This document shows positions 1-13,297 of a DNA stretch of 64,000 nucleotides, one piece after another (within the stretch, counting starts at the first letter, position 1; each line of letters starts with the position of its first letter). A program made the translations under genes and the position numbers. The notes under the pieces were generated by a model, which had not been told where the DNA came from, did not search any database, and was given only the letters and a program-made list of their open reading frames with translations. The DNA is from Podarcis vaucheri. Its lineage: Eukaryota. The DNA lies in assembly GCA_965113315.1 (NCBI GenBank), contig OZ220376.1; one strand, written 5' to 3'.

Positions 1-299
1 ATGGATATTCAAATTTCAATTCAGTGATCTTTTACTTTTGTAGCAATCTTCTTAGGTGTTGAACTTTGCCTACTCTGCTTATGGCATGTGTTTTAGGGAG
101 GAATCGAAATAATCACTGAAAACTTTTATGCTGGTCTTGTGTCGCCTATTAACTCTGGCTTTTCTCTCTTTTTCTCCATTTCTCACCTTTCATTTCATCG
201 TATTACCCTGCATTTCCCCCTTTTGTTTCTATTCACATATAATGCCACCTTCTTTCTTTTTTTATTGTAATACCCTACTTTTACCCATCAATTCCCTAG

Positions 300-523
300 A
301 CACTTCTGAGGTTGATTTATTTGTTGTTAATGCTCCGTACACTCCAGTGCCAGATCCCTCCCCCATGATGCCACCTGTGGGAGTTCAGGCTTCCATACTG
401 AGCCATGACACCATTCGAATCACCTGGGCAGACAACTCTCTGCCAAAGAACCAGAAGGTCTCGGATGCCCGTTACTACACAGTACGCTGGAAGACGAACA
501 TTCCTGCAAACACGAAATACAAG
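300..523 (+). CDS. NEO1: Neogenin exon (~exon 17): FN4-FN5 linker and start of FN5; alternative acceptor at 348 gives a form 16 aa shorter
   Basis: tag acceptor ends at 299, donor AAG|gtaacc after 523. Encodes [75 protein letters not shown], recognisable neogenin. A second cag at 345-347 lies exactly 48 nt downstream. Confidence 0.95.
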
Positions 524-804
524 GTAACCAAAAGGTGCAGTCCAAAGGTACTTGCCAAACCAAATTTAAAACTAACAAAAATTTCTGAACATATGTTTCT
601 ATGAGCTATCAAGATAAATGGAAAGTTGATTCCTAAATAATGGACAAAAATGGAAATTCAAAACTGCCTTAGAGAATATTTGTATTAATGCAATTAATAT
701 TGTGAGAATAGTGATATATGGATGAGATAATGCTAGAGACTGTTGTCATAGTCAGGATATTTAATAGAGAGTGTCTCATTTTGTGACCCTTTGATTTCTC
801 TTAG

Positions 805-943
805 ACTGCAAATACCACCACTTTAAGCTTCTTAGTAACTGGCTTAAAACCAAACACTTTGTATGAGTTCTCGGTGATGGTGACTAAAGGCCGAAGATCA
901 AGTACTTGGAGTATGACTGCACATGGAACGACTTTTGAATTAG
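805..943 (+). CDS. NEO1: Neogenin exon (~18), FN5
   Basis: ttag|ACT...TTA G|gtgat. Encodes [46 protein letters not shown]. Phase 0 in, phase 1 out. Confidence 0.95.
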
Positions 944-2432
944 GTGATATTGTTGAGCCATTTCTAAATTAGTTGACATACTTTTTTCATGCTATGCTAA
1001 TTTTTGTGTATTGTTGAATTCTTTCTGGTGTGGGAAGATTCTTAAAGTTCTTTGAACTAAAGAGAGAATTTATATACAATGAAATAGGTCTATCATGTAC
1101 AGAACCACAAAACATTTCATACATACAAATTATGTCTTAATAGTAGCTGCTAATAAATAACATGAAGGTTAATAATTAATGAGACTAGGGGAAATAATTT
1201 AATTATTGAGCAAGTAAGAGATCAGAAAAGCTCTGATCTGATCCTTGAAGCATCCATAAGTGCCAAGCTTCTTTCATTTTAATGTTATTTGCTAAAATAG
1301 AGATATTTGAAGTTTTGGCAGTTTCAGTAGTCAAATGGCATGATATGTGTCTGCACACATTCAAACCCATCTCTTCAGCATCTTGTCTGTTTATTTTCTT
1401 TATGATATTTCTCTTTTATTGTGGTTAGAAGTAAAAACAGATGATTGCCTCGAAAAATAGAAAATGTTTTAAGGCATGCAAAAAAACTCTAGCTTCAGAG
1501 AAGATAACAACCCTGTGAAGTTTTGTTTCTTTTTTAAAATGTAGGAATCTCTATACCACCTTCATAGGACAGCTCACATAAAACTTCAGTCAGTCCATTC
1601 CTGTAAAAGTATAAACAATTCAAAATGAAGCACAGAGTAGCAGAACACTCCTTTAAAACTGAACTAAACCACTGAAGATAATTTAAAATCAGAAGCACTT
1701 TGCTTTATGCTCGGTCAAATTTTTATTAATAATGGATACAGAATAACTTAATTGTGTTATACCATTTTTAAAATTCTTGGTTCAATGCCAGAAGAAGTGC
1801 TTTGAAATTGCTCAACATCCAGTTTTGAGTAGCTGTCTTTTGTGCAAATCCCATTTGAAATGAGATTCGAGTCAAGAAAACTAAATCACACAACTTTAAT
1901 TATACCTGAGAAAAGTAAAACTCAATATTTTTCATACTTTTTGAAATATTTGATTAAGTTCCTTAAAATTACAATAGTGTTTGAGTTTTATCAAATGCAT
2001 ATTTAACAAATCATTAAGGAGTGAGAACTTGAATTTTAATATATTCCCTCTAGAGGGTATTGATCCTCTATAAACACCACTCTTCCAGATGATTCATTGA
2101 CATTATTATGAATTCCAGTTGGAGAGAGGAGTTCACATTTAAGCTTCGTACCTAGAGGTTTGCTGTTGGAGGGCATGGCAGGAAGGGTTGATGGTGAGGA
2201 GGGAGCTCACAGAAATCCTCTGAAGGCATATGCTGCTCTTCCAAGATACTCCAAATAGAAAGAGTATTTTGAAATCCTTAGTATTGATGTTGCTTCTTCA
2301 GTAGAAAAAAATGTATCACTGCAAGTTAGTAGCTTATTTTTGTAGTTGAATATAGCAATCTTTGACAAAGAATGCTTAAAAGAATAAAACTGATACCACA
2401 ATCTGTGTTTAATTTAAATATCATTATTGCAG

Positions 2433-2540
2433 TTCCAACTTCTCCCCCAAAGGATGTGACAGTAGTGAGCAAAGAAGGAAAACCCCGAACCATCATAGTC
2501 AACTGGCAGCCACCATCTGAAGCCAATGGCAAAATTACAG
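2433..2540 (+). CDS. NEO1: Neogenin exon (~19), start of FN6
   Basis: tgcag|TT...ACA G|gtgaaa. Encodes [37 protein letters not shown]. Confidence 0.95.
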
Positions 2541-2609
2541 GTGAAATTTTATTTGGGACAGTTTAGTATATTTGTGCTGCCATTCAGGTTATGTATATAG
2601 GATGAAATC

Positions 2610-2932
2610 AAGATGAGGGGTTCTATGGAATGCAGATAGAGAGAATTGATAAGAAGAATGATCTGTTGTGACCTTGACGGAAAGCGTACAATAGACGAAC
2701 CTTCTTGTGTTTTGGTTCATTTCCCGCCCTTCCCCCCTTTTTTCCCTTCCTTCGCCGCCTTCTTTCCTTTTTCTTTTTTCTTTCCCATAATGGCTTATGT
2801 TCTATGCCATGTACTTTGTAGTTTTTTTTAGCCTTTTCCATTATTATTATTAAGGATTTTTCTTTCGTAATTTTGGTTGTTTATATTTATCTGCATTTGT
2901 TTAAAGCAAAATAAAAGTTACTAAAAAAAAAA
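2610..2932 (+). mobile_element. 5'-truncated L1-like retroposon 3' end with poly(A)
   Basis: T-rich 3'UTR-like body, AATAAA 2910-2915, A-tail ~2923-2932, putative TSD GAAATC at 2604-2609 and 2933-2938. Confidence 0.55.
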
Positions 2933-5291
2933 GAAATCCTTTTAAAGGGTTGGAAACAATGATTAGAATGCTTAGTTATCTATGTTCTTTCAGTCTGAAG
3001 AAAATTGTGGTGTGTGTTTTTAATTAACTGCATACTGTTTTAATGTTCCAAGATGAAATGACTGAATTTTAACAATTAGGTCCATTTCCTCTTTATTTTA
3101 TTTACTGTGTAAATAATATCAAGGTGCCAAATATTAATGAGAAGTGTATAAAATGGTATATTAAAGTATTGGAATCAAATTCAGGCTAGAAGCACATGCA
3201 TGAAATGACTAGCTTAAGCAGAGTAGTTAGGGTGGGCTAGCAGATTCTTCCTTCGCTTCTAATCACCTCCATGCAACTGCATGCAGCAGCAGAAGAGAAA
3301 GACGAGAGGTCAGGTCAGGTTGGTTCTGAGCCAGTTCAACTATCTTCTTTGTGAATCCATGGCTAGTGTCACTATACTTCCATGTGCTACTGACATACTT
3401 CACAGCAGCTTGAGGAAAGTGGTGCATCTGAGTCCCTCTGTGGCTGAAGCAGGGCTTGAAGGAAATGGGTGGGGGATTTCACTTCTTTCCTTCTGTCCTA
3501 CCCCAATACACAGTCTTTTGCACATGGCTCTACTATTACTTCAGACCAACAGAATATTGCCAGCCCTGGCATATCCTACAGTGTCTGTCTTCACTTGAAC
3601 TAATCAGGCTTGGAAATAGGGTAATACTGAATTTATATTCAGCATAATTATGTGAAAGGTCTGCCCTCTGGTGGAATACGTTTTAAGATTTGTGTTATAA
3701 AGCTGAAACCCATCGCAAAAGGAGCTGAATGCACAATTTTCTGCTTATTCAATTTGTTCTAATCTTAAGCAGGAATGCTGCTGTTATTTAAAAAATGGTC
3801 CAGTCATCAAATCATCCCCAAGCTAAGAAATCCCCACTTGTATCATTGTCCTGTGTCCCCAATAAGTAGTTTTATATGGGATTCTCTTCAAAACCTAAGA
3901 ACTTTAGTGAGATTTTCTGTTCTTTTTCAGTCCCACTTTCAGGATGTGGGGTGGCCCAGAGCATCCTTCCTTTTTGTATGTCATGATTATGGAACATATT
4001 TGTATTTATGATTTTTCCTGGGAAAGAGTTATGTAGCTTGATGTGTCTCACTAAACAGACTGGGCTGTAACATTAAAATAGCTTTCCTTGCTGCTAAATG
4101 ATTCTTTATTTTTAACAAAATATTTCCTTTACTCAAACCATCTAAGCTGCTTCCTGTTACAAACATGGCAGGAGAGAGTAGTGGGCAGCACAAAACAGAA
4201 TAGTGAAGGAAGAGAGAGAGAGAAAGGCCTTAAGCAATGATTTGGCAATAGTAATTAATTTTGTGAATAATAACCCAGCATGTTTCAAAGTGCATTCTCA
4301 GGGGCAAATGATCTACATGTGACTTGTTCCACTATGCATAAACAACAACCCAATTAACTCAAAAATATATTTTCTGAGTGTGGATTGTTTTCTGCAATTT
4401 TTCTTTAGCTATGTAAGTCATTTTCTTATGTGAATAGTGAGTGAGGGATTTCAGTTTCAAGCATACCATCTAGTGGAGCTGTTTGGAACTTTCACAACTC
4501 ACAAAAATTATCAGTTAGTATCTGTAGGAACTGGCCTTCTGTGGAAAATCTGGAAGTCTGATACCAAACCAATAGAACAATCCATATTCCTTTACAGTCA
4601 ATTTGGATTATCCCCAAAGATTTATGAAGTGTAGTATTTTAGCTGTGTAGCAGTTCCTTAGCAATTACTAATTGCTTTCTCAATTAGTGATTTCCCTTCT
4701 ATGGTAGCTGTAAGCCCTGTTCAGTCACTCTTAACCACGTATATGTGATTACCATTGCACAAGAAGCAAAAAAAGAAACGAGTCTGCAGACATCTCACTT
4801 TCTTACACGGCTGTTGGCGTACCTGTAGGCCCCCTCATGTGTCAGAGGCTGAATGTCTGTGGGAGGGAACCTTTTCTCCTTTTAAGAGTCCCCACATGAT
4901 TTAAAACCTGGAATATTGGGGTTCCAAATTGCACAGGAAGTCTACTCATTGTCAGCAGGCTCTTCATTGCAGAAATTCATCCCACAACACATGGTGGCTG
5001 CAGGAATGGTGGCATGTAGGAGGAAGGGGCTCCAAAGAACCCCCCCCCCCAGTGCAATACAGTGGTGGTACTCAAGATGCTGCAGGGGAAGAATTGTATG
5101 AATAGGGGTGTAATAAACTAATCAGTTGCTTCTCTGTCTTCATTGAGAAAGAATTACAAGGACACTTAAGAAGTATGGGTTTGTCTAGTTGTTTCAAGTA
5201 TCTGTTCATTATATCTAACGTTCTCAAATAGCTTAGAGCCGTTGGGAACATGTCTTCATAATTCATCATCTGTATTTTGTTTATTGTGCAG

Positions 5292-5486
5292 GATACATCA
5301 TTTACTATAGTACAGATGTCAACGCCGAAATACACGATTGGGTCATTGAGCCAGTAGTGGGAAATAGATTGACACACCAGATTCAAGAGTTAACACTTGA
5401 CACAGCATATTATTTCAAAATTCAGGCCCGTAACTCCAAAGGCATGGGTCCTATGTCAGAGGCGGTGCAGTTCAGAACACCTAAAG
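5292..5486 (+). CDS. NEO1: Neogenin exon (~20), FN6
   Basis: tgcag|GA TAC ATC...AAA G|gtagg. Encodes [64 protein letters not shown]. Confidence 0.95.
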
Positions 5487-6045
5487 GTAGGTTGATCTTG
5501 TTAATTGAATACGTTCTCTGGGAGCAGAAAACGGGAAATTCAGACAAATGTTTAAATGCATTTTTCATGGGGGGGGGGCTGTCTGGTTCAGTGAATCAGC
5601 CTATCAGCCTGAAAGTGTAAATGTTCCAGTTGTTGTCATTAGTTGTGTCTTGTGAATGGGACAGTATTTTTGAGTACACAGTTTACTGTATGTTCCCACC
5701 TATGGAAGAGTTGTTTGAATATATACTGTATGGTGCAAATGAGTTCATTGCAAATGTCTGGATGATCGTAAGGGTCTCCTACTTGGGGAGGTATGCTATC
5801 AAACTGCTCATTTGAACATTTCCAATATTCATATGGGATATGAGCATTTCTCATTGTAATTTATGAACAAGAGCTGAATAAGCGTGGTGTGGGGAGGGTC
5901 TTCTATAAAGTAAGCTGTAGTAGTAGCAATTATTTAATTTCCCATTTATAGAGATTGCTACTTCTGTGCCAGTGAAATTTTTGTCACTCCTTTAGATTTA
6001 GTTATCTCTCTCTTGTTTGCTTCTTCCCTGTGCTTGTCCTGGTAG

Positions 6046-6078
6046 CTGAATCTTCAGATAAAATGTCTAATGATCAAG
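6046..6078 (+). CDS. NEO1: Neogenin 33-nt (11 aa) cassette microexon (~21)
   Basis: Pyrimidine tract + ggtag|CT GAA TCT TCA GAT AAA ATG TCT AAT GAT CAA G|gtaaac = AESSDKMSNDQ (mammalian ADSSDKMPNDQ). Phase 1-1, frame-preserving. Absent from the ORF track. Confidence 0.9.
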
Positions 6079-7718
6079 GTAAACCAATGGGCATATTTTT
6101 TGTGTCATTTCCTTTCATGCAAGTGCTATTGTCTTTCTTCTAACAGTATTTCAACTGTTAAATGCCAAAAAACAAGCTCTTGTAGAATTTAAAGTTTGAA
6201 ATGCTGTAAATACTTTTTTGCATAGTGTGTTTGGAATGTAATCTCTTTCGTTAGGTAGTGCAAGGTGGATGCATCCATGATTGGCACCATGTATTCAAAT
6301 GCATGCTCAAAGCAGCTGCACCCCATGTACATAATTTGAGTGGTGAGCCCAGTATGAAAACACACACACACACATCTTAAGAATTCATTTTGGGGAAAGC
6401 CTGTTTTTATTGTTGACAGCTGATGTGGGCTGGACATTGGTTAGCTATCTCTCTGTGAGGTCATGTGGCCCCTTCCCTTCCCCACTTTTCAAGATGACTT
6501 TTGTGCATGTTTGTTTCTCATCTTTATAAAAAATCAGTTGAATGAACGTAATGGTGAACCCTTAACAAATCATCTCCAAGTATTAAAACATGGAACCAAC
6601 AAGTAAATGCATCAACCTCCAGTTCACTGGTTTCATTCGTTCTCCTCATTGAGGAAATACGTTTTGCAGCTTACACTTTTTGTTATGGCTCTATGCACCC
6701 CACATATGTTAGATTGTCTGCAGTATTATACTCATGTATAACACACTACTGACAGGAGCCTGCATTTTACTAAGCTGCTTGCTTATCTGTGTCTGCAAAT
6801 TAGAGAGGCGTTTGAGAACCACACAGGTATAGGGGGTTAATTACAAAGAGGTTTATATCTGAGCCTGTCTTGATTAGGTAGTGGCCAAAGAGGCACTTTA
6901 AGGCAACGTGTGTCACAAGATGGTCTTCCTCTTGCTAAAAACTGCATTTTGCAGTTTAACCTATAGGTTGCCTAGGTGGTGTGAAAAATGAGGGAGCCAT
7001 GTGCTCACATACTATTTGGTTACTGGAGTGGTAGTAGATATCATAGAAGTGTTTTTGTGACTCATAGAAGGAAGAACATCTGCTACTACATCACACACCC
7101 TGAGGGGAAAAGTAGTCGGCCTTATTGTCTTTTTCCTAAAACACAGTTGAGTAATCTTTTTTAACCTTTGGGTTGCATTCCCACATGAGCAACCTACCGG
7201 GTGCCACATACCAGTGGTGGGAAGGAGCAGAACAGTGAGTGTGGCTCCTACCATTAATAGGTGATATTCCAGCCATGCAGAGCCAGAGATTTCCACATCT
7301 TCCCCATATCTCACCGTGTTCCATCCAGGCATGCAAAAGGTATTATCACAGTTCAAGGACATGTTTCAGCCAAGCAAATACACTTGAGGACATCATAGAA
7401 CCAAGCTGATGAGGGATTTAACTTCATGAAAGGCCTGGGAGGCTTCATTCAACCCACAGACCAGAGAGGCACCCACATTTAGCATGGTAGTGACTGGCAA
7501 CTGATGGCCCATGAACAGACTCCATCTTATAGGAGTCCCTAGAATTATGGTCTCAACAGCAGTGGAAGTGAGAATAGTAGTGGTGTGATGGATTTTTTCA
7601 CCTGGCTCCATAAGAATTTAGTTGAGTGGAGGTTAACTTCGTATGAGAGTGGAAAGAAAAATAGGCAGAATTGTGTGGCTCTCCATTCTTTGAATTCTCC
7701 ATTCCTGAAAATTGACTA

Positions 7719-7885
7719 CCATATTTACTCTAGTCTAATGCATACCTCAGTTTTCAGGACCTTGAAACAAAACAAAAAAAGTATTTGCTGGTGAATGTAA
7801 ATGTGCCATCGAATCTAATGCACACCCTAATTTTCGCAACATAATTAGATCAGAAAAGGTGAGCATTAGATTTGAGTAAATACAG
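7719..7885. mobile_element. Tc1/mariner (Tc2/pogo-like) MITE
   Basis: TA|CCATATTTACTCTAGTCTAATGC ... GCATTAGATTTGAGTAAATACAG|TA: inverted termini with TA TSD. Confidence 0.6.
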
Positions 7886-9233
7886 TACTTTTTTTTTGCC
7901 TTCTTTTGTCCATACTTTTAAAGTGTTCATTAATTTATGTCTGTATATGGATCATGAAACATTTCAGTGACTTCATAATGTGTCTTTTGTGCTCATGCAC
8001 GTTTATTCCCACATGCTATGTAGCATAAGCATTTGTGCCAGCCATAAGGTGACCCTAATGGCTAATGTGCTCTTATTGGCTATGCTGGTACATATCATAT
8101 TTATTGAGTCATTGCCAAAAGGTAGAACCTACAAGTGGTGGAGGCTTTACTGCCATGGATCTCTGGAAATGCACCAGTAATTCAGACATTCAGTCAATCA
8201 GATTTATTTGCTAAAAATCATTGGGCATTGCAAAACACCAGCAAGTGTATATTCTGTGTATAGGATTATGGGAACAAAAGTAAAGGCTACATGGCATGAC
8301 TTGTGCCTTTAGCACAGTTGGTGGAATCTCCATATTCAGAAGCACTCAAGAAAGCTGTCTGTCCCCGACCGCTCACTGCTGGGTAAACAATTATTGGCAG
8401 CAAGCAAGTCTGACCATTGGAAGCCGTTAACAGAAAAGCTATGGTTCCTTTCTAAAACGTTACCTTTAACATCAAATTGATACTACATTAAATTTATTTC
8501 TAACAGCTTGATCTTACACATGTCTTCTTAGAATAAGTCCAAATGAGTTCAGTGAGGCTTGCTCAAAGGTAAATGTAGTCGTAAGTTACCTTTTAGCAAT
8601 GCCAGAATGTGTATATTTTAAGTTTCTTTGTGAATGTAAAGGAATGTCAAAAAGTACTCTGTAAAACATTCCATCCATGTGTTTTTTTGGCTTACAGACA
8701 GGCAAGATCTCTTTCTCGTCTTCTTTTATCTATAAACTCTGTATTTATCTAGTATTTTTCTTCCCTTTTAAAGAAGTTAAGACCGTACTATTTTAACAGC
8801 AATTTATAGAAACTTTAAAAATTATGAATATAATTTTAAGATGCAAGCTTATATAAACTGTGTGTAACACTATCTGTGTAAAACTACAGAGGAGCAGGAG
8901 TGCAATTTGGGACAAGAGAATTCCAGCTCCCCATATATGCTAATGGGGTCTGAGCTCTCTTTGACTGGCTAGGAAAGAGATATTCAGCTCTGAAAAAGCT
9001 GGCCCCATGTGTGGCAGCTGTGAAAAGGTTGATTTCCTATTTTGGGGATCATTAGGTAAGAAATCAAGAATAAAGATGCTAGTTTCAGAATGCTTTTCTA
9101 CAAATCTCTGGGTTGAACACTTGGAATAATATGTACAGTCTGATAGGAAAATATAGAGCTGGAAACGGTTCAGAAAAGGGCAACTGAAGTAATCGGGACT
9201 GGAGCCACTCACTTATGAATAAAAGTTAGATAT

Positions 9234-9583
9234 GACGCGGGTGGCACTGTGGTCTAAACCACTTGGCGGTTGAAATCCGTGCAACGGGTGAGCTCCCGTT
9301 GCTCTTTCGCAGCTTCTGCCAACCTGTTAATTCGAAGCACACCAGTGTAAGTAGACAGATAGGTACCACTGCAACAGGAAGGTAAACTGTGTTTCTGTGC
9401 GCTCTGGCTTCCATCAGGGTGTTCCGTTGCACCAGAAGCAGTTTAGTCATGCTAGCAACATGATCCAGAAAGCTGTCTGCAGACAAATGCTGTCTCCCTC
9501 AGCCTGAAGTGAGATGAGCGCTGCACCCCATAGTTGCCTTTGACTGGACTTAACCATCCAGGGACCTTTTACCTTTACCTTTT
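9234..9583 (+). mobile_element. Sauria SINE (POM/Squam1-type), older copy
   Basis: tRNA-like head GACGCGGGTGGCACTGTGGTCTAAACC, conserved core AGTAGACAGATAGGTACC, tail (ACCTTT)n. Homologous to three other copies in the window. Confidence 0.85.
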
Positions 9584-9607
9584 TAGCTTCGAACAAAACC
9601 AAATAAG

Positions 9608-10030
9608 GAGGGACATGATAGAAGTATTTGGTTGATTAATTGATTGATTAATTTCCATCCTTTCTTTCCAAGGGAGCCCAGGTCATGAAGAAAGTGCATA
9701 GGAAAAGCACTCTCCTAGTACTAGAATTTGGTATCCAGTGAAACTGAATGTTGGAGGATTTGGGAGTAACAAAATAAAATATTCAGATATTTCATTCCCA
9801 CAAAATGTAGTGATGGCTGTCAGCTTGAATAGCCTTTAAAAGGGATTAGACAAGTTCATGGAAGATAAAGCTGGGAATGGCTTCTAGTCACAATTGCTTC
9901 CAGTACAGGGGGTAACAGTGTGCCTCTGAAAACCAGTTGCTGGGGAGCAGAAGAGTGCCTTTGCCGTAGGGTCCTCCTTTGTGTGCTTCCTGGAGGCATC
10001 ACATTGACTGCTATGAAATAGGTCTTTGGC
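9608..10030 (+). mobile_element. Degenerate CR1 LINE 3' fragment
   Basis: gggacatgatagaagtat...gggattagacaagttcatggaagataa, homologous to the fragments at 54620-55075 and 61330-61750. Confidence 0.55.
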
Positions 10031-10977
10031 TTAATCCTGTTAGTGTTCAGTGTAATATTCAAACTGTGTTTGTGTGTGCATGTGCACACACAACTACAAG
10101 TAGGCAAATGCAATTTTCCACTAGTTTCAGAGTGATAGCTGTGCTAGCATGCTTCAAAACAGGGACATGACCTCGTTTAGTTTAGTTTAGTTTAGTTTAG
10201 TATTTTGTGGCATATATTTTAACATGCCAGAGCCCACCTCATAAGATGCAATAAGTGTTTTCCACACGAGATCCATTAAAGCTTCTGCCGCAACAGAGGC
10301 ATCCTCCCACTGAATTCTCCACAATCTAGAGTGGGGAAAGTCTCTTGCTTGCTTCATGTTTGGCGAAGTAGATGAGATCATGTTCCCTCTCCCCAGCTCT
10401 CTGAAAAAAATGCCGTGATCCATGGGGAGAGGCCTAGATATTGCCTTGCTTTGTTCTTCTTGAAGAGAAGTAATGAGTCTCACTGCATCTACCTCTTTTC
10501 AAAACCCTGTGAAGAACAAAATGCAATACCCTTACTACTGAATTACAATCAGGTATTTCCTGAAGTATCCCCGCCCCCCAGTAAGCATCACTCAAGAACA
10601 CCCCCCTTTCATCTCTATGGGGTAACTATTGATAGGAAAGTTCTATGAACTTCAGCCATTCAGGTCATATGTAACAGTTAAGTACTAGGGGGTTCTGACA
10701 TTACTAGAATACTGTGGCTTGTTTGTTTCTTCACAGAAGGCACCAGGTTATTCTATAGTTTTGTGTGTATACCTTTTGCATGAATGTTGTTCTAGCTGTT
10801 CTTGAGATAGTTGGATAGACACTTCTAGAAAAGTCCTGCAATCTTCCAGGACTGTTTCTATGTGTGTTTCTGTCTAGGATATGTTCTTGTCCGTATAAAA
10901 ACAAGAGTTATGTTTTAAAAAGACAGATAAGGCATAAACTACAAGTAGCTTGACACAGCTTCAATTTTGTTTTCTAG

Positions 10978-11046
10978 CATTGGGGTCTGCAGGGAAAGGA
11001 AACCGGCCAGTGGATGTTGGGCCAGACTATAAAACACCTATGAGTG
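10978..11046 (+). CDS. NEO1: Neogenin exon (~22), juxtamembrane stalk
   Basis: ttctag|CA TTG...AGT G|gtaagt. Encodes [24 protein letters not shown]. Confidence 0.9.
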
Positions 11047-12074
11047 GTAAGTAGAATTCTGCTGACTAAGGTGTTGAAAGGAAATCATAACATGTTTAAA
11101 GAAAAGTTAAAGCATCTTTACAACCATGTATGAGAGGGTTACGTTGAAAACAATCCCTCTAATATTCCTGGCAGTGCAAGTGACCTCTACAGTACAGCAT
11201 GTTTTTTTGTTCAGTACAAGTTATAATGTCCAATCTTTTATCACAAGCAAGACAATCTCTTTATGCAGGGACTGTTCTCTTAGATGCAAGGTGGCTAACA
11301 TGTGGCCATGGGACTTTACAAGGGCCTAGCATGTGCTACTGCCACCCGGGGCACATACGTGCACACGCAGGGGGATGGGGCAGAGGGAGCCTGCCCCACC
11401 ACTCCAGCCCTTGTCACCCATGCCACTGCTTCAGGGTGCACTTACTCCTCCCTGGCAGCCCCCATGTAACCCAAGAGCATCACCGGCTCGCTTGGAAGTA
11501 TGGCTTCCAGTGTTGGAAGGGCCCAGTGGGGTCTGCAGTGGCAATGTTGCTGGATGCTGTTGGCTGGTGGTGAAGGAGTGGGAGGAAAGTGCAGTGACTC
11601 TGTCTTTCCTCCATCCTTACTCCATTGTTGTTAAATGTGCTGCTTCTTTCCTCTCCCACCCCAGTGTGGTCAGGATGGAAGCAGATTGCTTTTCCTCACC
11701 CACATTTACACGGGGAAGCAACTGGAAAAAGAGAGCGCTATTTCTTCTCATGTGCTGCAGCAGAGGCTGGCAGAGGAGTAGGTCTCCTTTGCTTGTCTGC
11801 CTGCCCTGGCAGCCCTGCATGGCTCTGTGAGGCTGGGATCTAACCGTCCGATCCCAGTCAGCCTTGCAATATGGCCTGGGGCTTCCAGGGTGGCGTGAGG
11901 AGCAAAATGTGCCCTCCCAAAAACTGCACCCGGAATGACCGCCCCTCTGCCCCCTCCCCCATGAGGCCACAGGGACAATATCTGTAGGGCCACAGATTCC
12001 TCATCCTTGCCTTAGATTGAAAACTCCCAAGACATTGCCATGTATAATTCAATAATGCTTGTTTTCCTCTTTAG

Positions 12075-12219
12075 GCAGTAACAGCCCTCATGGAAGCCCT
12101 TCTCCTTTGGAATACAATATGCTTTTGGTAATAATAGTGTCTGTGGGAGTGATCACCATTGTTGTGGTGGTAATTGTTGCGGTCTTCTGCACACGCCGCA
12201 CCACCTCTCACCAGAAAAA
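12075..12219 (+). CDS. NEO1: Neogenin exon (~23), transmembrane helix
   Basis: tttag|GC...AAA AA|gtaag. Encodes [47 protein letters not shown]. Confidence 0.95.
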
Positions 12220-12581
12220 GTAAGATGCTTTGGCAACAACTTGTTCTATCTTTTAGGGGCATAGATTTAATTAGTGGTCATTGATTTGCTTGGGTTTAAT
12301 AACATGAATATTAAATAGACATGATTTTAGTAGTCTGGTAAAATAAATGAGGAAACCTCCCATTGTTGTTGGCTGGGTGTAGGAGAAGAAAGGATCATAT
12401 ATGCCCCCCCCTCCACCTTTTGGATACAAGTATAGAATCAGAATATAACATACATGATGTGTGTAGAATAAAATTGCTTGCACAGAAAGCTAAAGCATGT
12501 GTCAGTTAACTACCTGAAGAAAAAACAGTAGTTTTATGCCAGCCTGTGAATACACTAATATTTTTCTTACGGCTTTCAAAG

Positions 12582-12820
12582 GAAGCGAGCTGCGTGCAAA
12601 TCTGTGAATGGGTCACATAAATACAAAGGAAATTCTAAGGATGTCAAACCCCCTGACCTTTGGATTCACCATGAAAGGCTGGAGCTGAAACCCATTGATA
12701 AATCTCCAGATCCTAATCCAATCATGACAGACACCCCAATCCCTCGGAATTCCCAAGACATTACGCCAGTTGACAACTCCATGGACAGCAACATCCACCA
12801 AAGACGGAACTCATACAGAG
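12582..12820 (+). CDS. NEO1: Neogenin exon (~24), cytoplasmic P1 region
   Basis: caaag|G AAG CGA...AGA G|gtggg. Encodes [79 protein letters not shown]. Confidence 0.95.
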
Positions 12821-13297
12821 GTGGGCTTAGTATCATGCTAAGTTTATTCATTATCCTATTTATTCATTATCCTTAGACAACTGTGGCCTGTAGATTGCAA
12901 AGGGTGGGTTTTGCCAAGATTCGTAATTGTTTAAGTACTTGCCAATTGACTAAGTTGTAGTAGCTGCACTTCGGTTTATATTTATTACAATTTGCATGTA
13001 AATCAGTGAGAAAATGGAACCCATAATATACAGCATAGCATTTCTGCTAATAGCATTATTTGCATCACTTAAAAATCTATTGTGAGAATTTATTTTGGTT
13101 TTACAGCACCAAACCCTGCCCCTATTCTCTTTGAATTAAGTTTCTAGAAAGGAAGACTATAAAGTGTTCTTAAGAATAGAGTCTCTTGGTAATCAGAATG
13201 AGTGTGTATGAAACACTTCTTTTCGTCTTCCTTCTTAATGATCTGATATAAAGATGATGGACATAAATGTTTATAGATGCATTCATTCTTTTTCTAG

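Noticed and set aside
11320-11975. GC-rich intronic block with multiple ORFs
   Set aside because: Probably a decayed DNA transposon, but TIRs and TSD could not be verified and the ORFs show no recognisable protein.
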